Translations under genes and position numbers: made by a program
Shown: positions 20,727 to 34,142 of the stretch, piece after piece
Layout of the letters: each line of letters opens with the position of its first letter
How positions within the stretch are numbered: position 1 is the first letter of the stretch
Source of the DNA: Octopus sinensis
Lineage: Eukaryota
Length of the DNA stretch: 64,000 nucleotides
NCBI RefSeq assembly: GCF_006345805.1
Contig: NC_043007.1
Span: 21,018,001-21,082,000, forward strand
Direction of reading: 5' to 3'
The notes under the pieces: model-generated
The model's input: only the letters and a program-made list of their open reading frames with translations
Told to the model about the DNA's origin: nothing
The model's database searches: none

Positions 20727-21290
20727 ACATTTGACTGAGGCCATGCTGGAGTACTGCCTTAATGGGTTTTAGTAGCGACAAAATCGTGCCGGTGGCACGT
20801 AAAAGGCACATCCATTCGTGGCCGTTACCAGGCCTCGCCTGGCACCTGTGCTGGTGGCATGTAAAAAGCAGCCACTACACTCACGGAGTGGTTGGCGTTG
20901 GAAGGGCATCCAGCCGTCGAAAACATTGCCAGACAGATCGACTGGGCCTGGTGCAACCTTCTGGCTTCCCAGACCCCAGTTGCCGTCCAACCCATGCTAG
21001 CATGGAAAGCGGACGCAAGATGATGATGATGAAATCGATCCAGGACTTATTCTTGGTAGCCTAGTACTTATTCTGATGGGTCTCTTTTGCTGAACTGCTA
21101 ACTCACAAGCATCGAGCGCAAGCAATGGTGTGGGTGGGGGGCTTTTTTTCTGCCAAATCCACTCACAAGACTTTGGTCGGACTGAGGCTATAGTAGAAGA
21201 CCCTTGCCCAAGGTGCCATGCAGTGGGACTGAACTCAGAACTATGTGGTTGGGAAGCAAGCTTCTTACCGCACACCCACAACTGCACCTA
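20727..21290 (-). mobile_element. Degenerate SINE A interrupted by an RTE 3' UTR insertion (20787-21031, + strand, TSD AAATCG)
   Basis: The SINE halves flank the RTE piece; aaatcg is at 20781-20786 and 21032-21037. Confidence 0.75.
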
Positions 21291-21329
21291 TACATTTCCA
21301 TCTTAACATGAATAAGGAACACTTTCTTG

Positions 21330-21459
21330 TCAAAAATTAGGTTTAAAAAAATATGGAAGTTTCTTATACATGAATAGTATATAATCCCTTACAAAACCTT
21401 TTTTCCAAATTTTAAGCCCCAAAAATTAGGGAGTTTTCTTATACACATAAAATACGGTA
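21330..21459. mobile_element. Possible Tc1/pogo-type MITE end
   Basis: Ends ...aaaatacggta with internal cttatac repeats. Confidence 0.35.
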
Positions 21460-21676
21460 ATATATATATGTTGGGTGTGTGTGTGTGTGTTGTGTTGTGT
21501 GTATGTATATGTATAATATATATATATATAATATATATATAATTATATATATATAATATATTTATATATATATATATATTATATATATGTATGTGTGTAT
21601 ATATACAGAGAGAGATATATAGAAAGATAGATAAATACTACATACATACAAATGTACATACATATATTTATATATA

Positions 21677-21905
21677 AGTACTAGGCTTACAAAGAATAAG
21701 TCCTGGGGTCGATTTGCTCGACTAAAGGCGGTGCTCCAGCATGGCCACAGTCAAATGACTGAAACAAGTAAAAGAGTAAAAGAGAGTAATAAGAACTAGG
21801 CTTAGGAAGTAATTACTGGAGATGATCTATTGGACTGAAACCCTTCAAGGAAGTGCCCCAGCATGGCCACAGTCCAATGACTGAAACAAGTAAAAGCTAA
21901 GAGAA
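21677..21905 (+). mobile_element. Two tandem 5'-truncated SINE A-type tails
   Basis: ccagcatggccacagtc.aatgactgaaacaagtaaaag occurs twice. Confidence 0.8.
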
Positions 21906-22661
21906 AAGATGCTAAGAACTACAGACTACCAGAACTGACTTACCATTCCCTGTTACACACACGCACACACACGTGCATTCACATACACATACATATACAC
22001 ACATGCATTCACATACACATACATGTACACATACACGCATTCACATACACATACATATACACACACGTAGTCACATACATATACACACATGCATCCACAT
22101 ACACATACATATACACACAGGCATCCGATATACATATACACAGAGGCATCCACATACACATACACACACGCATCCACATATACATACATATACACACAGG
22201 CATCCACATCCACATACACACACATATATACATCAATAGATTGATCAAGGGACAAACAGACAGACAGTCAGACATAATAAACACACATCAGGATTATATA
22301 AATAGTGTATAAACAGTTGTCTATTCGCATATATTTGAGTATAATGGTGATTAGGATAGCTCCGAGTGTGTGTGTGTGTGTGTGTAAAGGTGAATGGCCC
22401 AATGGTTAGGCTGTTGTACACATAATCGCTGGATTGTGGGTTCAATTACCTGATTTCACATTGCTCCAGTCCCCTTTCTACCAAAGGGGAGTGTTGGCCT
22501 GCTCACCTAGCCAGTGAGGTGGCATCATTTGATGGTTAAATCAATGCAAAGTGCATTGTGACCAGTGATGTGTAACAAAATCTAATGGTCTGGTTGGTCA
22601 CATGATCACATTATATATATATATATATATATATATTAGAGAAGAGAGAGAGAGAGTGGGT

Positions 22662-23062
22662 GACCTGCTGTCCTTGAGGAGACCTATTGAGTCAAGTATG
22701 TCAACACCAACATCAATCTAAAAATCAATGGAAATTGTAGTTCAGATACCCGTGCTGGTGACATGTAAAAAGCACCGTCCGATGTGGCAGATGCCAGCAC
22801 CGCTTGACTGGCCCCCGTGTCAGTGACACGTAAAAGCACCAACCGATAGTGGCCGTTTGCCAGCCTCCTCTGGGCCCTGTGCCGGTGGCATGTAAAAACC
22901 ACCCACTACACTCACGGAGTGGTTGGCATTAGGAAGAGCATCCAGCTGTAGAAACACTGCAAGATCAGACTGGGCCTGGTGCAGCCTTCTGGCGTCCCAG
23001 ACCCCAGTTGAACCGTCCAACCCATGCTAGCATGGAAACGGATGTTAAACGATGATGATGAT
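22662..23062 (+). mobile_element. RTE-LINE 3' UTR fragment (family C)
   Basis: Sub-repeats plus the terminus cccatgctagcatggaaacggatgttaaacgatgatgatgat. Confidence 0.85.
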
Positions 23063-23142
23063 GTATATATATATATATATATATATTTTTTATATATATA
23101 TATATATACTATATATATATATATATATATATATACTTATGA

Positions 23143-23782
23143 AAGCAAGCAGAAATTAAACAAAACCTGTTACTCTGAGTTTCATGTTCCCGTTCGTCAA
23201 AACTGTCCGACGAACGGGAACGTGAACTCAGAGTAACAGGTTTGTTGATTTTCTGCTGCTTTAAAGTTTTAAATAAAGCATATTACTCTACCACTAGTAT
23301 TTGAGTACTCTTTTTTCCACCTTGTTTCACATTTATGTGTTTACTCCGGTATATATATATATATGTCATTAAATGCTCGAAATGAGGAGTAGATAAACAG
23401 CCAACAACTGATGGAGGGCCATTTCTCTATGATTATTTGTCCTGTTCTCCATTTTTTTCTCATTCTTTGTTTATGTATTTAACTCATTTGTTTACGTATT
23501 TCATGTTGTTTGAACTGTTGGTGATGTCCTGTACCCATATATGCATGTATATATAAAATATATATATATATATATTCGCCATGATAGATTGCTAGCCACT
23601 ACACATTCTTTATCTTCTCTCCTTGTTTCTTTCTGTGTCACTTTCTGTAGAAGAGCGTAGGCTCAAAATGTTAAAGACTTTTTCTATTCCTGAGCATTAT
23701 ACTAATACATCTGTTTGTTGCCTACACCACCTGTCTTCACCTTTTGTTTTTGTTGAATTCTCCCCCTACATACATACATACA

Positions 23783-23790
<8 letters not shown>
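23143..23790. mobile_element. Family F remnants (probable Penelope-like): long hairpin 23143-23263, tail to 23350, second piece 23580-23770; sister copy at ~32330-32600
   Basis: The blocks taaagcatattactctaccact.gtatttgagtactc and gaagagcgtaggctc...gactttttctattcctgagc are shared between the 23 kb and 32 kb loci. Confidence 0.55.
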
Positions 23791-23841
<51 letters not shown>

Positions 23842-23877
23842 CATATATAATATATATATATATGTATATATATATAA

Positions 23878-23908
<31 letters not shown>

Positions 23909-24376
23909 CAAAATTTAAAGGACTGACCACTAAAAATGGACAGTCAATATGCTAGACATAGACATCAAAATCACTATTTTCCATGAAGAATGTGTTCTCA
24001 AGAAAAAACTCAACACAAAACCAAAGTGGTTTTAATTGATTAATATCAATTTCTACCCTTATTCAATTTTATATATATATATATGTATGTATATATGTAT
24101 ATATGTATATGTATATATACTATATATTATTTACTGTTTATTATATATATGGATTGTCTGTAAATATAAATCCCCAAAAAGAAGCACATTCTAAGATATA
24201 GAGCAGTATTTATTAAAGTTACGATAAGACCGATTTATGGGATTACCTTAGGTTTTATGTACATAAAGGGCTTAGCTATATGGACATGAAACCTAGGTAA
24301 TCCCATAAACCAGCCTTATCTAACTTTAATATATATATATATATATATTTATGTATGTATATATTATATATATATA

Positions 24377-24419
<43 letters not shown>

Positions 24420-24669
24420 CGATATAATATAATATACATATATTATATATATCTAATATAGATATATAATAATATTTGAGGGAATATTAATCTTAAATAT
24501 TCTACCAATTATATACATTTTAAATATTTTTTTTGCAATTAACTAATCATTGGTATTTTATTGTTTTTTTTATTGTTATTTTAATTTCATTATATGTAAT
24601 TTTCTAGATGGTGTAATTTAATTGTTCATTTGAATTGATTAAAAGGTGATTTTTTTCTAATTTTATTAT

Positions 24670-24717
<48 letters not shown>

Positions 24718-24984
24718 CTGGGTGTATGTATGACTCTGTGTGTATACATGGCTGGGAGAATGTAAGAGCAGTGATTGATAAAAACTGTTGAGTGCTGAAT
24801 GAAATGTTTTGTGGTATTCAGTTACGTCCCTTTATGTTCTGATTCCACAGAGCGGAATTCATCTTTTAGCTTTCATCCTTCTGGGGAATGTATCACATGA
24901 ATGATTCAGTCTTTGGTGTACATGTGTGTATATGTATGATAATATATATTGACTCACACCTTTTACTTTAAGAAATTGTAAACA

Positions 24985-25341
24985 TACATATACATGTGTG
25001 TGTATATATGTGTGTGTGTGTGTAGATATGTATGTATGTATATATCTATATATGTACACACACACACACAAACATGCCTATACATACATATAGCTATATT
25101 TATAAACATATATATACACACATTCATATATATACATTCCTATGCACACATATATATGCATGTATATATTTATATATGTATGCATATATGGTGTGCATTT
25201 GTGTGTGTGTACATATATATGTGTGTGTGTGTGTAGATATGTATGTATATCTATATATACACACACATACATATATATATGCACACACACAAACATACAC
25301 ACACACATGCCTATACATACATAAAGCTATATTTATAAAAC

Positions 25342-25378
<37 letters not shown>

Positions 25379-25850
25379 TACACATGCATGTATTCAGATA
25401 TATATATATACATTCCTATACACATATATGTATGTGCATACATATACACATGTATATATGTATGCATATATGGTGTGCATTTTTGTGTGTGTGTGTGTGT
25501 GTACATATATATATGTGTGTGATAGATATGTATGTATATATATATATATGTACACACAAACACACACACACATATATATATATATGCATACACACACACA
25601 CATGCCTATACATATATAAAGCTATATTTATAAACATATATATATATATATACACACATACATAAACACATGCATATATTCATATATATATACACACACA
25701 CACATAAACACATGCATATTCATATATATATACACACACACACATAAACACATGCATATATTCATATATATATATATACATTCCTATACACATATATAAA
25801 TGCATGTGCATACATATATACATGTATATGTATATATTTATATATTGTGT
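24985..25850. repeat. Higher-order repeat (~230-290 bp, about 3 units) built from CA/TA/TG microsatellite mosaics
   Basis: The anchor catgcctatacata...aagctatatttataaac recurs at about 25074, 25307 and 25601. Confidence 0.75.
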
Positions 25851-26984
25851 GTGTGTGTATGTTGACTTGGAACTCCTCTGGATGTCTCGTCATTTTAACA
25901 TGTAAAACACTCCACCATCCATCGACTCCTTAGCTTCCTGGCTTCATGGTGGTACCTTACGTAAGCTATTTCTGCTAAAAATGCAGCTGCACACAACATT
26001 TACTGCTACACGACTGATTGGACTGTAACATTGTTTACTGCATTCACCCTTTCTGCTGCTGTCTTTTGTTGCTAGGCAGTCTAAATTTCGTCACTTTTAT
26101 GATGATGATGATGATGATGATCATGATGCTGATGATGATGATGTTACTGATGACGACATCGTGAACCTCCTAAACGATAACCGCTTCCCTGATTGTCAGT
26201 AAATTGATGATGTTGATCCAGTAGAAAGTACAATAATGTAGGGGGCAGGGTAGGGTCCTACGGAATACTGTCCTACTTGGTGGAACCAAATTTCGGGAAT
26301 AATATGAAGCAGTGAGGCTTATAACGAAAGATGATGTCATCACCATGTTCTTCTAAAGCTTATGTTGTTATCACTATTGTTGTTGTTGATGTTGTTGTTG
26401 TTGTCGCTGCTGCTGCTGTTATTGTTGCTGTTGGTAATCTTGGGTTTTCATTTTGGTTTTAGCCCCATTCCCCCCGTCTCCCGTGGAAGAATTCACGACA
26501 TGTTTATTTTTGTGAGCTGCAGACAGTGTCCATTCCTTGTAAATAGTTCTTAACCAAAAAATTTTAAAATCAAACAAAAAAAAAATGGAATTTGTTGAAT
26601 ATATGGCAAAAAGAAAAAAAAATGCAAAAGAAACGAAAATAAAATAAAAGAAATTCTAAATTATTTTTCAAATATTTGGATTATATTTGGATTTTCTATT
26701 AAAGAATTAGTAGTAATACAAATTCTACTTGGAAGAATCATTGAAGAATAATCTATTTTTGTCATCTTCCCGTCTCTGCAGGTTTTGAATATAATGAAGA
26801 ATTTTCCAGTACTTTCAAAATTTATCCAAAATAGTATTTACAAAAAATATTTTTCCCTTTCATATAAAACATTTTTAAAATAAGCACAAAGCTAACAGCA
26901 ATTTTTTCATAAGCCTTTTCTAATTCTAGAAAGTACAAAATGAAAACAAATCTTACTGATAGATATGATATTAACCTCTTTGTT

Positions 26985-27201
26985 ATTCTTTTTCCTTTTT
27001 TTTATTTGTTTCAGCCATTTGACTGCGGCCATGCTGGAGCACCACCATTAGTTGAGAAAATCGACCCCAGGACTTATTCTTTGTAAGCCTAGTACTTATT
27101 CTATTGGTCTCTTTTGCCGAACTGCTAAGTGACAGGGATGTAAACACACCAGCATCGGTTGTCAAGCAATGTTGGGGGCACAAACACAGACACACAAACA
27201 T

Positions 27202-27247
<46 letters not shown>

Positions 27248-27492
27248 TAAAGGCGGTGCTCCAGCATGGCTGCAGTCAAATGACTGAAACAAGTAAAAAA
27301 AATAATAAAATAAAAATTTTTTAAATGACGGGTTTCTTTCAGTTTCCGTCTACCAAATCCACTCACAAGGCTTTGGTCGGCCTGAGGCTTATAGTAGTAG
27401 AAGACACTTGCCGAAGGTGCCGCGCAGTGGGACTGTACCTGGAACCATGTGGTTGGTAAGCAAGCTACTTACCACACAGCCACTCCTACGCC
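26985..27492 (-). mobile_element. SINE A with a nested opposite-strand tail-only copy (27249-27300)
   Basis: Family A on the minus strand; a + strand aaaggcggtgctccagcatgg...aagtaaaa sits inside its (TA)n. Confidence 0.85.
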
Positions 27493-29187
27493 CGTATCAT
27501 GGAAACTGTTCGAAAACAATTATTCAAGAAACAGTTATTTGAAATAAATATCATTTTTGTGTACTTGATTTTTAATTTTATCATTTTTGTTTAAATGGAA
27601 TAAAAAATTTAGAATAATTAACATTTTGTAGAATTGTCCTTTTGAATAATTTTCAATCATACAATTTTCCATTCGAACAAACGTTTTTGAACAATTATTT
27701 TCAAACAATGCTCAGATAATCGTCTGAAACAGATAAAGTCTGCATTAACAAAATAACATGAAATAAAAGAAGTGGTAGGTGTGGCTGTGTGGTTAAGAAG
27801 CTTGCCTTCTAACCATGTGGTCCCAAGTTCAATCCCATTGCGTGGTACCTTAGGAAAGTGTTTTTTTACTATAACCTTGGTCTGACCAAACCTTTGTGAG
27901 TAGATTTGGTAGACGAAAGCTAAAAGAAGCCTGTTGTATATATGTGCATGTGTATGTTTCTGTGGACCCTTGTCTTGATATCATATGATGGGCTTCTTTC
28001 AGTTTCCATCTACCAAATCTACTCACAAGGCTATGGTCGGTCCAAGGCTATAGTAGAAGACACCTTCCCATGGTGCCATGCAGTGGGAATGAACCTGGAA
28101 CCATATAGTTGGTAAGCAAGCTACTTACCACACAGCCAACATGCCTGGCCTATAAATAAATGAGAGTTGGTGACAGGGAGGGTATCTGGCTGTAGAAAAT
28201 CTGCCTCAGCATTTCCATCTGACCTATGCAAGCATGGAAGAGTGGGTGTATAATGATGATGAGGAGGAGGAGGAGGAGAGGAAGATGAGGATGATGATGA
28301 TGAGGAGGAGGAGGAGGAGAGGGAGGAGGATGATGATGATGAGGGGGAGGAGGAGGAGGAGGTTGATGACGATAATGATGATGACGATTGAAATAAAAGG
28401 GAACATTAGAAATTTTCCTTTTTGTATCTGTTTTGTAAGATTTTTGATATGTAATTGTGTATCAAAAGTGATAAAGGCATACTTTGGAAGGGTCCCCTTG
28501 TGCCCATATTCTTATCATCCTTTGATACATTTGGATACGTCATCAGTGATATTTTCGGTGGAGGGGGGGAGGTCATGAGATATTTCAGGGTCTTCCAACA
28601 TCAGACACCCTCGTTCAGGTGACCCAGCCGAGGTCGATCGAGGGTACACACACACACACACACAGACAATCGCAAATATGCTCCCTCCCCCACACTCACA
28701 ACCCACACACATGCACCTACACACACGTGCCCACACAACCATCACATGATGTTTAGACAAGGGTACACACACAAACACACTCGCTGATACGCCCCCACAC
28801 CTACCCACCCACACACACGACCATCACATGATGTCTAGACAAGGGTACACACACTCACAGATACACCCCCTGCCCCACACATGCACCCCCTCACACCTAC
28901 ACCCCCACCCCACAGACACATGATAGCCTTCTTTCAATTTCTCTTTACCAAAACCACTCACATAGCTCTGGGCTATAGTAGAAGACACTTACCCCAATGT
29001 TCTTAGCAATGGGATTGAACTCACGACCATACGGTTTAGAAGCAGGCATCTTAAAACCACATAACCACAATATCCATAATATTGAAAAACACACTTAATC
29101 TGCTTTGACCAAATCCAAAGTTTTTAATTACAAAAAGTTCTTTCTTTGGGTCTCAGAAAAGATATATAATTAATTAATAAAGTTCTC

Positions 29188-29745
29188 TACTCTTTTACTT
29201 GTTTCAGTCATTTGACTATGGCCATGCTGGAGCACTGCCCTTAGTCGAGCAAATCGACCCCGGAGCTTATTCTTTGTAAGCCCAGTACTTATTCTATCAG
29301 TCTCTTTTGCCGAACCGCTAAGTTATGGGGACGTAAACACACCAGCATCAGTTGTCAAGCGATGTTGGGGGACAAACAGACACATAAACATATACACACA
29401 CATACACACATATATACGACGGGCTTCTTTCAGTTTCCATCTACCAAATCCACTCACAAGGCTTTGGTCGGCCCAAGGTTATAGTAGAAGACACTTGCCC
29501 AAGGTGCCACACAGTGGTACAGAACCTGGGACCGTGTGGTTGGTATGCAAGCTACTTACCACACAGCCACTCCTATGCCTACTTAACATAATATATATAT
29601 ACGACAGGCTTCTTCCAGTTTCCCTCTACCAAATCTACTCACAAGGCTTTGGTCAGCCCGCGGCTATAGTAGAAAACACTTGCCCAGGGTGACACGCAGT
29701 GGAACTGAACCTGGGACCATGTGGTTGGTACACAAGCTACTTACA
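29188..29745 (-). mobile_element. Full SINE A (29188-29580) followed by a second head-half copy (29595-29745)
   Basis: Family A sequence. Confidence 0.85.
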
Positions 29746-29949
29746 CTTAACATAATTTATGCCTACTTAACATAATTTATGTGACAAAATATAACAATAC
29801 AGTTTAGAGATTCTTCCCTACAGAAAGACACCTGTTCCTGTCCCTTTATCATACTTTAACCTCTTAACACCTGCTGCAAAGCCACTTTGCTCAATACTAC
29901 TCACCACCTCAGTTTAGGGATCTTGTTTAAGGAGTTACTTGGTGACCTC

Positions 29950-30500
29950 ATTAGTGTCAGTGCCACAGAAAATGCATGCAACACACACTCTACAAAGTGG
30001 TTAGCATTAGGAATGGCATCCAGTTGTGGAAACCATGCCAAAGCAGACACTGTGGAGCTGGGTACAGTCCGATGGTTCGCCAGCTCCTGTCAAACCATCC
30101 AACAAATGCCAGCATAGAAAAAGGGGTGTTGAATGACAATGATTTTGGTGGTGGTGGTGGTGGTGGTGGTGGTGGTGGTGGTGGCAGCAGTGGTGGTTGT
30201 GGTGGTGGTAGTGGTGGTGGTGGTTGTAGTGGTGGTGGTGGTGGTTGTGGTGGTAGTGGTTGTGGTGGTGGTTGTGGTGGTAGTGGTGGTTGTGGTAGTG
30301 GTGGTTGTGGTAGTGGTGGTGGTGGCAGCAGTGGTGGTGGTGGCGGCAGCGGTGGTAGTGGTGGTGATGGTGGTGGTAGTTGTGGTGGTGGTGGTGGTTG
30401 TGGTGGTGGTGGTGGTGGTGGTGGCGGCAGCAGAGTAGTAGTGGTGGTGATTGTGGTGGCAGCAGTGGTGGTGGTGGTGGTGGTGGTGATGATGATGGTT
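29950..30500 (+). repeat. RTE 3' end (29950-30145) running into a (GGT)n-based microsatellite
   Basis: ggcatccagttgtgg...ccagcatag...gaatgacaatgat followed by GGT repeats. Confidence 0.8.
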
Positions 30501-31448
30501 AGCTTTAGATTTAAGTGGCTAGTTTTAATTATTCACAAGAATTTATATGAACATTGACTTAGTATAGAACAAAAAAAAAAATGCAAAGCAAAGCACCATA
30601 GCAGCACCAAGCTGGACAAATTACTTCATTTTACTTTAGTTTCGAGCCCTGTACCTTTTTATCTCTTCCAGAACAAAATACTAAACAAGACACCCACAAT
30701 ATATAAAATTTGAACTATAACCCCTGTATCAAATTAACAAATAAAAAGACTTATATAGCTATTGGTGTTTCACAGCCCAATCTTAAACACCATATCTTCT
30801 CTTCTCTCCCTAAAAGGCTCAGCTAATAATTTCCATTCCAGATATTTTGTTGCCAGAATCTAAATAGTTTTACAGATGTTTTGTTACTGTCATTCAGAGG
30901 ACTACTATAATTTTCAACCAGTAAACCCAGCACAATAGCACAGAAATATTTTCCAAGTGAATGTAGTAGAAATGAATTGTATTGTCATCCCTTAATCTTG
31001 ACTCACCAACCCCTTGCTATTTTAGTGGGCTTTTTTTTATATCATTCTTTTCATAGGAAACTCTCAAGGGTTTTTTTGTTGTTTTTTTTTATTGTAGTAA
31101 AATACTGCAGCTTGTCTCTTCTTTTGTCAGTTTGTTCTGACTGCCTCACCATTCATCAACTTTAGTCCTTTTCTCTTCTACATTAAGCCTTCCTCTTCTT
31201 TTGCCTCTTGCATTCACTCACTCTGTCTGTCTATCTATCTGTCTGTCTCTCTGTCTCTCTCTCTCATCAGCTGCCTTGGTATTTACTGGGCGAATGTTGT
31301 GTGAAAATACACATGCAGAGTTGATTTGATAATGTATAATTATATTTATGAAAGTTTAAAAAACATATATATAAGAAATTAACAGTGGTGGGGCCCCAGC
31401 ATGGCCGTGGCCTTCGGGCTAAAACATTTTTAAGGATTTTAAGGATCA

Positions 31449-31832
31449 GTTATTTGACTGTAGCCATGCTGGAGCACCGCCTTTAGTCGAGCACATCGAT
31501 CCCAGAACTTATTCTTTGTAAGCCTAGTACTTATTCTATCAGTCTCTTTTGCCGAACCACTAAGTTACGGGGACGTAAACACACCAGCATCGGTTGTCAA
31601 GCGATGTTGGGGGGACAAACACAGACACACAAACATATACACACATACACATACATATATATACACACATACGATGGGCTGCTTTCAGTTTCTGTCTACC
31701 AAGTCCACTCACAAGACTTTGGTTGGCCCAAGGCTATAGTAGAAGACACTTGCCCAAGGTGCCATGCAGTGGGACAGAACCCGGAACTATGTAGTTCGTA
31801 AGCAAGCTACTTACCACACAGCCACTCCCATG
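31449..31832 (-). mobile_element. Full SINE A
   Basis: Family A sequence. Confidence 0.9.
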
Positions 31833-32270
31833 CCTGTACTAGCTCATAAAAATTATTAAATTTTGTGAATATTTTATTTTAAAACCATCAGATTGGCTGG
31901 AATAGACAAGCAAGGGTGTTAAACCGGAACTATTCCAGATAATCTAGAATTCTTTTATTTGTTTTAGTCATTTGACTGCAGCCATGCTGGAGCACCACCT
32001 TTAGTCAAACAAATCGATACAGGACTTATTGTAAACCTAGTACTTATTCTATCAGTTGCTTTTGCCAAACCAGTATGAAATAAAGTGTCTTGCACAAGAA
32101 CACAACACACATCCCGGTCTGGGATTAGAACTCACAACCTCACGATCGTAAGCTCGACGCTCTAACCACTGAGCCAGGCGTCTTCATACATACATATATA
32201 TATATATTTATGTTTATATATATATTGTTTCATTTTATATATATATATATATTGTTTATATATTATAATA

Positions 32271-32311
<41 letters not shown>

Positions 32312-32448
32312 CATATATATATATATAGATCGTTAACCACTACACACATTTTGTTTCTCTCCTTGTTTTTTTCTGTGTCCCTTTGTGTAGAAGAGCAGAG
32401 GCTCGAAACATAAAAGACTTTTTCTATTCCTGAGCGTTATTAAACTCT

Positions 32449-32490
<42 letters not shown>

Positions 32491-33201
32491 CAGGTTTTGT
32501 TGAATTTTCTGCTGCTTTAAATAAAGCATATTACTCTACCACTGGTATTTGAGTACTCTTTTTTCCACCTTGTTTCACATTTATGTGTTTACTCCGGTAT
32601 ATATATATATATATATATATGTATATGCATGATGGGCTTCTTTCAGTTTTCATAAGCCAAATCTGTTCGCAAGGCATTGGTTGGCCTAAGGTTATAGGAG
32701 GCACTTGCCCAAGGTTTCCCTCAGTGGGACTTGAACCCGAAAACGTGTGATTGGAAAGCAAACATCTCACAACAGAGCCATGCCTGGAAAAGCTCTCTCA
32801 TTCAGTAATTAATCAGTTATTAGCCTGTTAATTAACACTGATAGAGTTAATTAATATTTTTAGATATCTTTCTTTTTATGGAAAAGAATTTTTAAAAAGC
32901 TAAACATCATTAAAAATAACATTTATTACTTCTAATTATAATTTCATTTTTTGGTTTTTCAAACGGGGTCCGTCTGTCTGTAGACCACAAAACTTATGTA
33001 GAAGCCAGAAAGTAGAAGTGGTCATGTAAGGAAAGGCATGAGGTTAATATTTCTTTTGAAGAGTCAAAGATTCTTAATTGGGGATTTAAAAGAATGATTC
33101 GAATTTAGTGAGAAAGAACTTTTTGTGCAACCTTTCGTGCATTGAACTCGGAGAGGAGGGTGGTGCATGTTTTACACACATAGACATGTGTTTGTGCACA
33201 G

Positions 33202-33232
<31 letters not shown>

Positions 33233-33367
33233 CCTCCATATATATATATAATATCTATATATATAGATATATATATATTAGATAGTATATATATTGTTAT
33301 ATATATATATATATATATATTATGTGTGTGTGTGTGTGTGTGTATATGTATATATGTATATTTATAC

Positions 33368-33402
<35 letters not shown>

Positions 33403-33464
33403 ATATATATATATAAATAAATGAAAGAATGGAGTCGAACGACGATTTAACAAAATTCCTTTAT

Positions 33465-33543
33465 TCTCGACATATGTTTCGAAGACTGCATATTCTTATT
33501 CCGAAGGATAAAGGGTGCATTATGCCGCCTTCTCATCAGGAAA
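33465..33543 (-). ncRNA. Type I minimal hammerhead ribozyme motif (Penelope-like remnant)
   Basis: Minus strand: tttc CUGAUGA gaaggc...gucuuc GAAA cauaug UC gaga. Stem III is palindromic (ACAUAUGU), with a GUC site and AATAAA just downstream. Confidence 0.7.
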
Positions 33544-33738
33544 GACAAGGAACTTATGTCAACATCACGACGAACAAAACTTTTAGATGACTGCCCACAT
33601 GGAGTCCATTGCTAATCATCCTACTAGGATAATTCATTCACTACTATATATATATATATATATATAATATAATATCTATATATATATATATATATACATT
33701 ATATATATATATATAATAATATATATATAATATATATA

Positions 33739-33786
<48 letters not shown>

Positions 33787-33951
33787 TATACATATATATA
33801 TATGTATATACTGTATGTATATATGTATGTATATATATATATACACACACACACACAACCATGTTTGTGTATATGTATATATGTTTGTGTGTGTGTAATG
33901 TATGAATGTATGTATGTTGTGTGCATGTGAATATACATACATGCACACACA

Positions 33952-33994
<43 letters not shown>

Positions 33995-34046
33995 CTTATA
34001 TATATATATACTATATATATATATGTTATATATATATAATATATAA

Positions 34047-34079
<33 letters not shown>

Positions 34080-34102
34080 GTATATTTATATATATATGTA
34101 TG

Positions 34103-34142
<40 letters not shown>

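Noticed and set aside
29976-30557. 193-aa Gly-rich ORF resembling a structural or cuticle protein
   Set aside because: It is a (GGT)n microsatellite grown from an RTE tail, and its N-terminus is RTE UTR sequence.
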